Of a DNA stretch of 64,000 nt, positions 62,770-64,000 are shown in pieces (within the stretch, counting starts at the first letter, position 1; the number at the start of each line of letters is the position of its first letter). Origin of the DNA: Chrysomallon squamiferum (Eukaryota; Animalia; Mollusca); NCBI GenBank assembly GCA_012295275.1, contig CM022671.1:7440001-7504000 (forward strand), read 5' to 3'. The position numbers were made by a program, and so were the translations under genes. The notes under the pieces are model-generated. The model saw nothing but the letters and a program-made list of their open reading frames with translations, did not search any database and was not told the origin of the DNA.

Positions 62770-64000
62770 TCAAAAAGTGTTCAAACATTGCATGCTTGGT
62801 GTTGTACGAATAGATACATTTTACAATTACCTTCATTGAATATATTCATATTTTAACAGAGGTGTCTGTTCTCTAGGTTATTAGATGTTCTTGTGGGATA
62901 GATACGGCAAAGAAATTTATACTTATTAAATTATTGTTGACAATAAGATTAATTTCCTCAATGTCATATCCAATATGCTTTCGATGTTCAATATCATTTC
63001 AGTGTTACACCCAATTGTTGCCTCCGATCTGCAATTTGTGTCTCCAAAGAGGTTTTTAATTAGTATTTTAATTAGTGGTATTGTTTGCATGGTTGTGTTC
63101 TCAGCATTGACATCTAGTCTAACTGGTTGTTACTTATAACATTTATTTTATCTATTTAAGTATTAATATTCTCTTTTTAACCATATTGTCTCTTCAGGTT
63201 GTTTGGTTAAATTTATTTAACAAATACAAAAGCTCTCCAAATTATGATTCAAAAAAATTGCCTCGCATTGTTATTATTTTTTTTTTTTTTTTGGACTAAG
63301 AAATAATTTTTGGCAGTTTTAGGAATGAAATATGTTTTAAATTATTTTTTTAAAACATTGTTATTATTATTATTATTTATTTTTATTTTTATTTATTTAT
63401 TTTATTGTTTGATTTTAAGATACAGAATACAGGGTTTCTGAAATTGCATTTATAAACTGCTCCATGTCAAAAATGTATTTATAGTTTCAAAAATTGAATT
63501 TAAAAATTAAATTTACTGAACAGAGATGAAATAACTTTTCTGATGCTGACCTTTTAAAACAACATCTGAAAAAGAATGAGATGAAAAGAAAATACCTTAA
63601 AACAATTACTGCATTAATAAATTTTGTTTCTTTCATCCCCTTTTACTATACTGCCAACAAAAGAACAGAAATGCATTTTAACTTGATTTCTTGATTTTAT
63701 TTTTTTATTTTGATACTCTTGTCTTGCAATAAAAATGGAAAAATGGACAAATAAGATCTATTTTGAACAAATAATACGCTCAATTCTTTTATATAATACT
63801 GCATTTTTTCTTTTTTATTATTTTGTTTCATCGATCAAAGAACAAGCATAATCATCATAATTTAAAGAAAACAAACAAACCAAACAAAAAACAACAAAAA
63901 TATGGAGAGGGAACAAGCTTTTTTAAATATGTATTTTACTCAACCAAGCAGATTTAAAACAGCTTTTTTTGAAAACCACAGTTTGGCCATTTTTTTTTTT

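Overview
Very AT-rich, intron-rich animal genomic DNA, probably a mollusc (gastropod-like, inferred from protein sequences and a SINE fragment recognised from memory). By reading GT-AG exons by hand I reconstructed four multi-exon genes arranged as two head-to-head pairs. (1) An uncharacterised protein with a divergent TBC/Rab-GAP-like domain and a charged coiled coil (- strand, ATG 12806, at least 18 exons, probably continuing past position 1). (2) B3GLCT (+, 12917-22116, 14 exons, ends HDEF), whose start codon is only 110 bp from that of gene 1. (3) ULK1/2 (Atg1) kinase (-, 48073-28123, 28 exons). (4) AKAP1-like mitochondrial KH-Tudor protein (+, 50006-57624). Two reading-frame breaks are visible. 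In AKAP1 a +1 discontinuity at GAC-TGA-C separates the mitochondrial anchor from the KH/Tudor module. In ULK exon 17 an A5 run is one base short. Both may be assembly indels, but each has a testable biological alternative. Other points of interest are a well-paired ~125-nt multibranch RNA structure in the presumed AKAP1 3'UTR, a FOXO/ATF4/E-box motif cluster between ULK and AKAP1, and three ULK introns with tandem copies of their own splice acceptor. The window also holds hAT- and piggyBac-type MITEs, a degenerate SINE, and many mini- and microsatellites. Most entries in the supplied ORF track are microsatellite artefacts or exon-plus-intron read-throughs.
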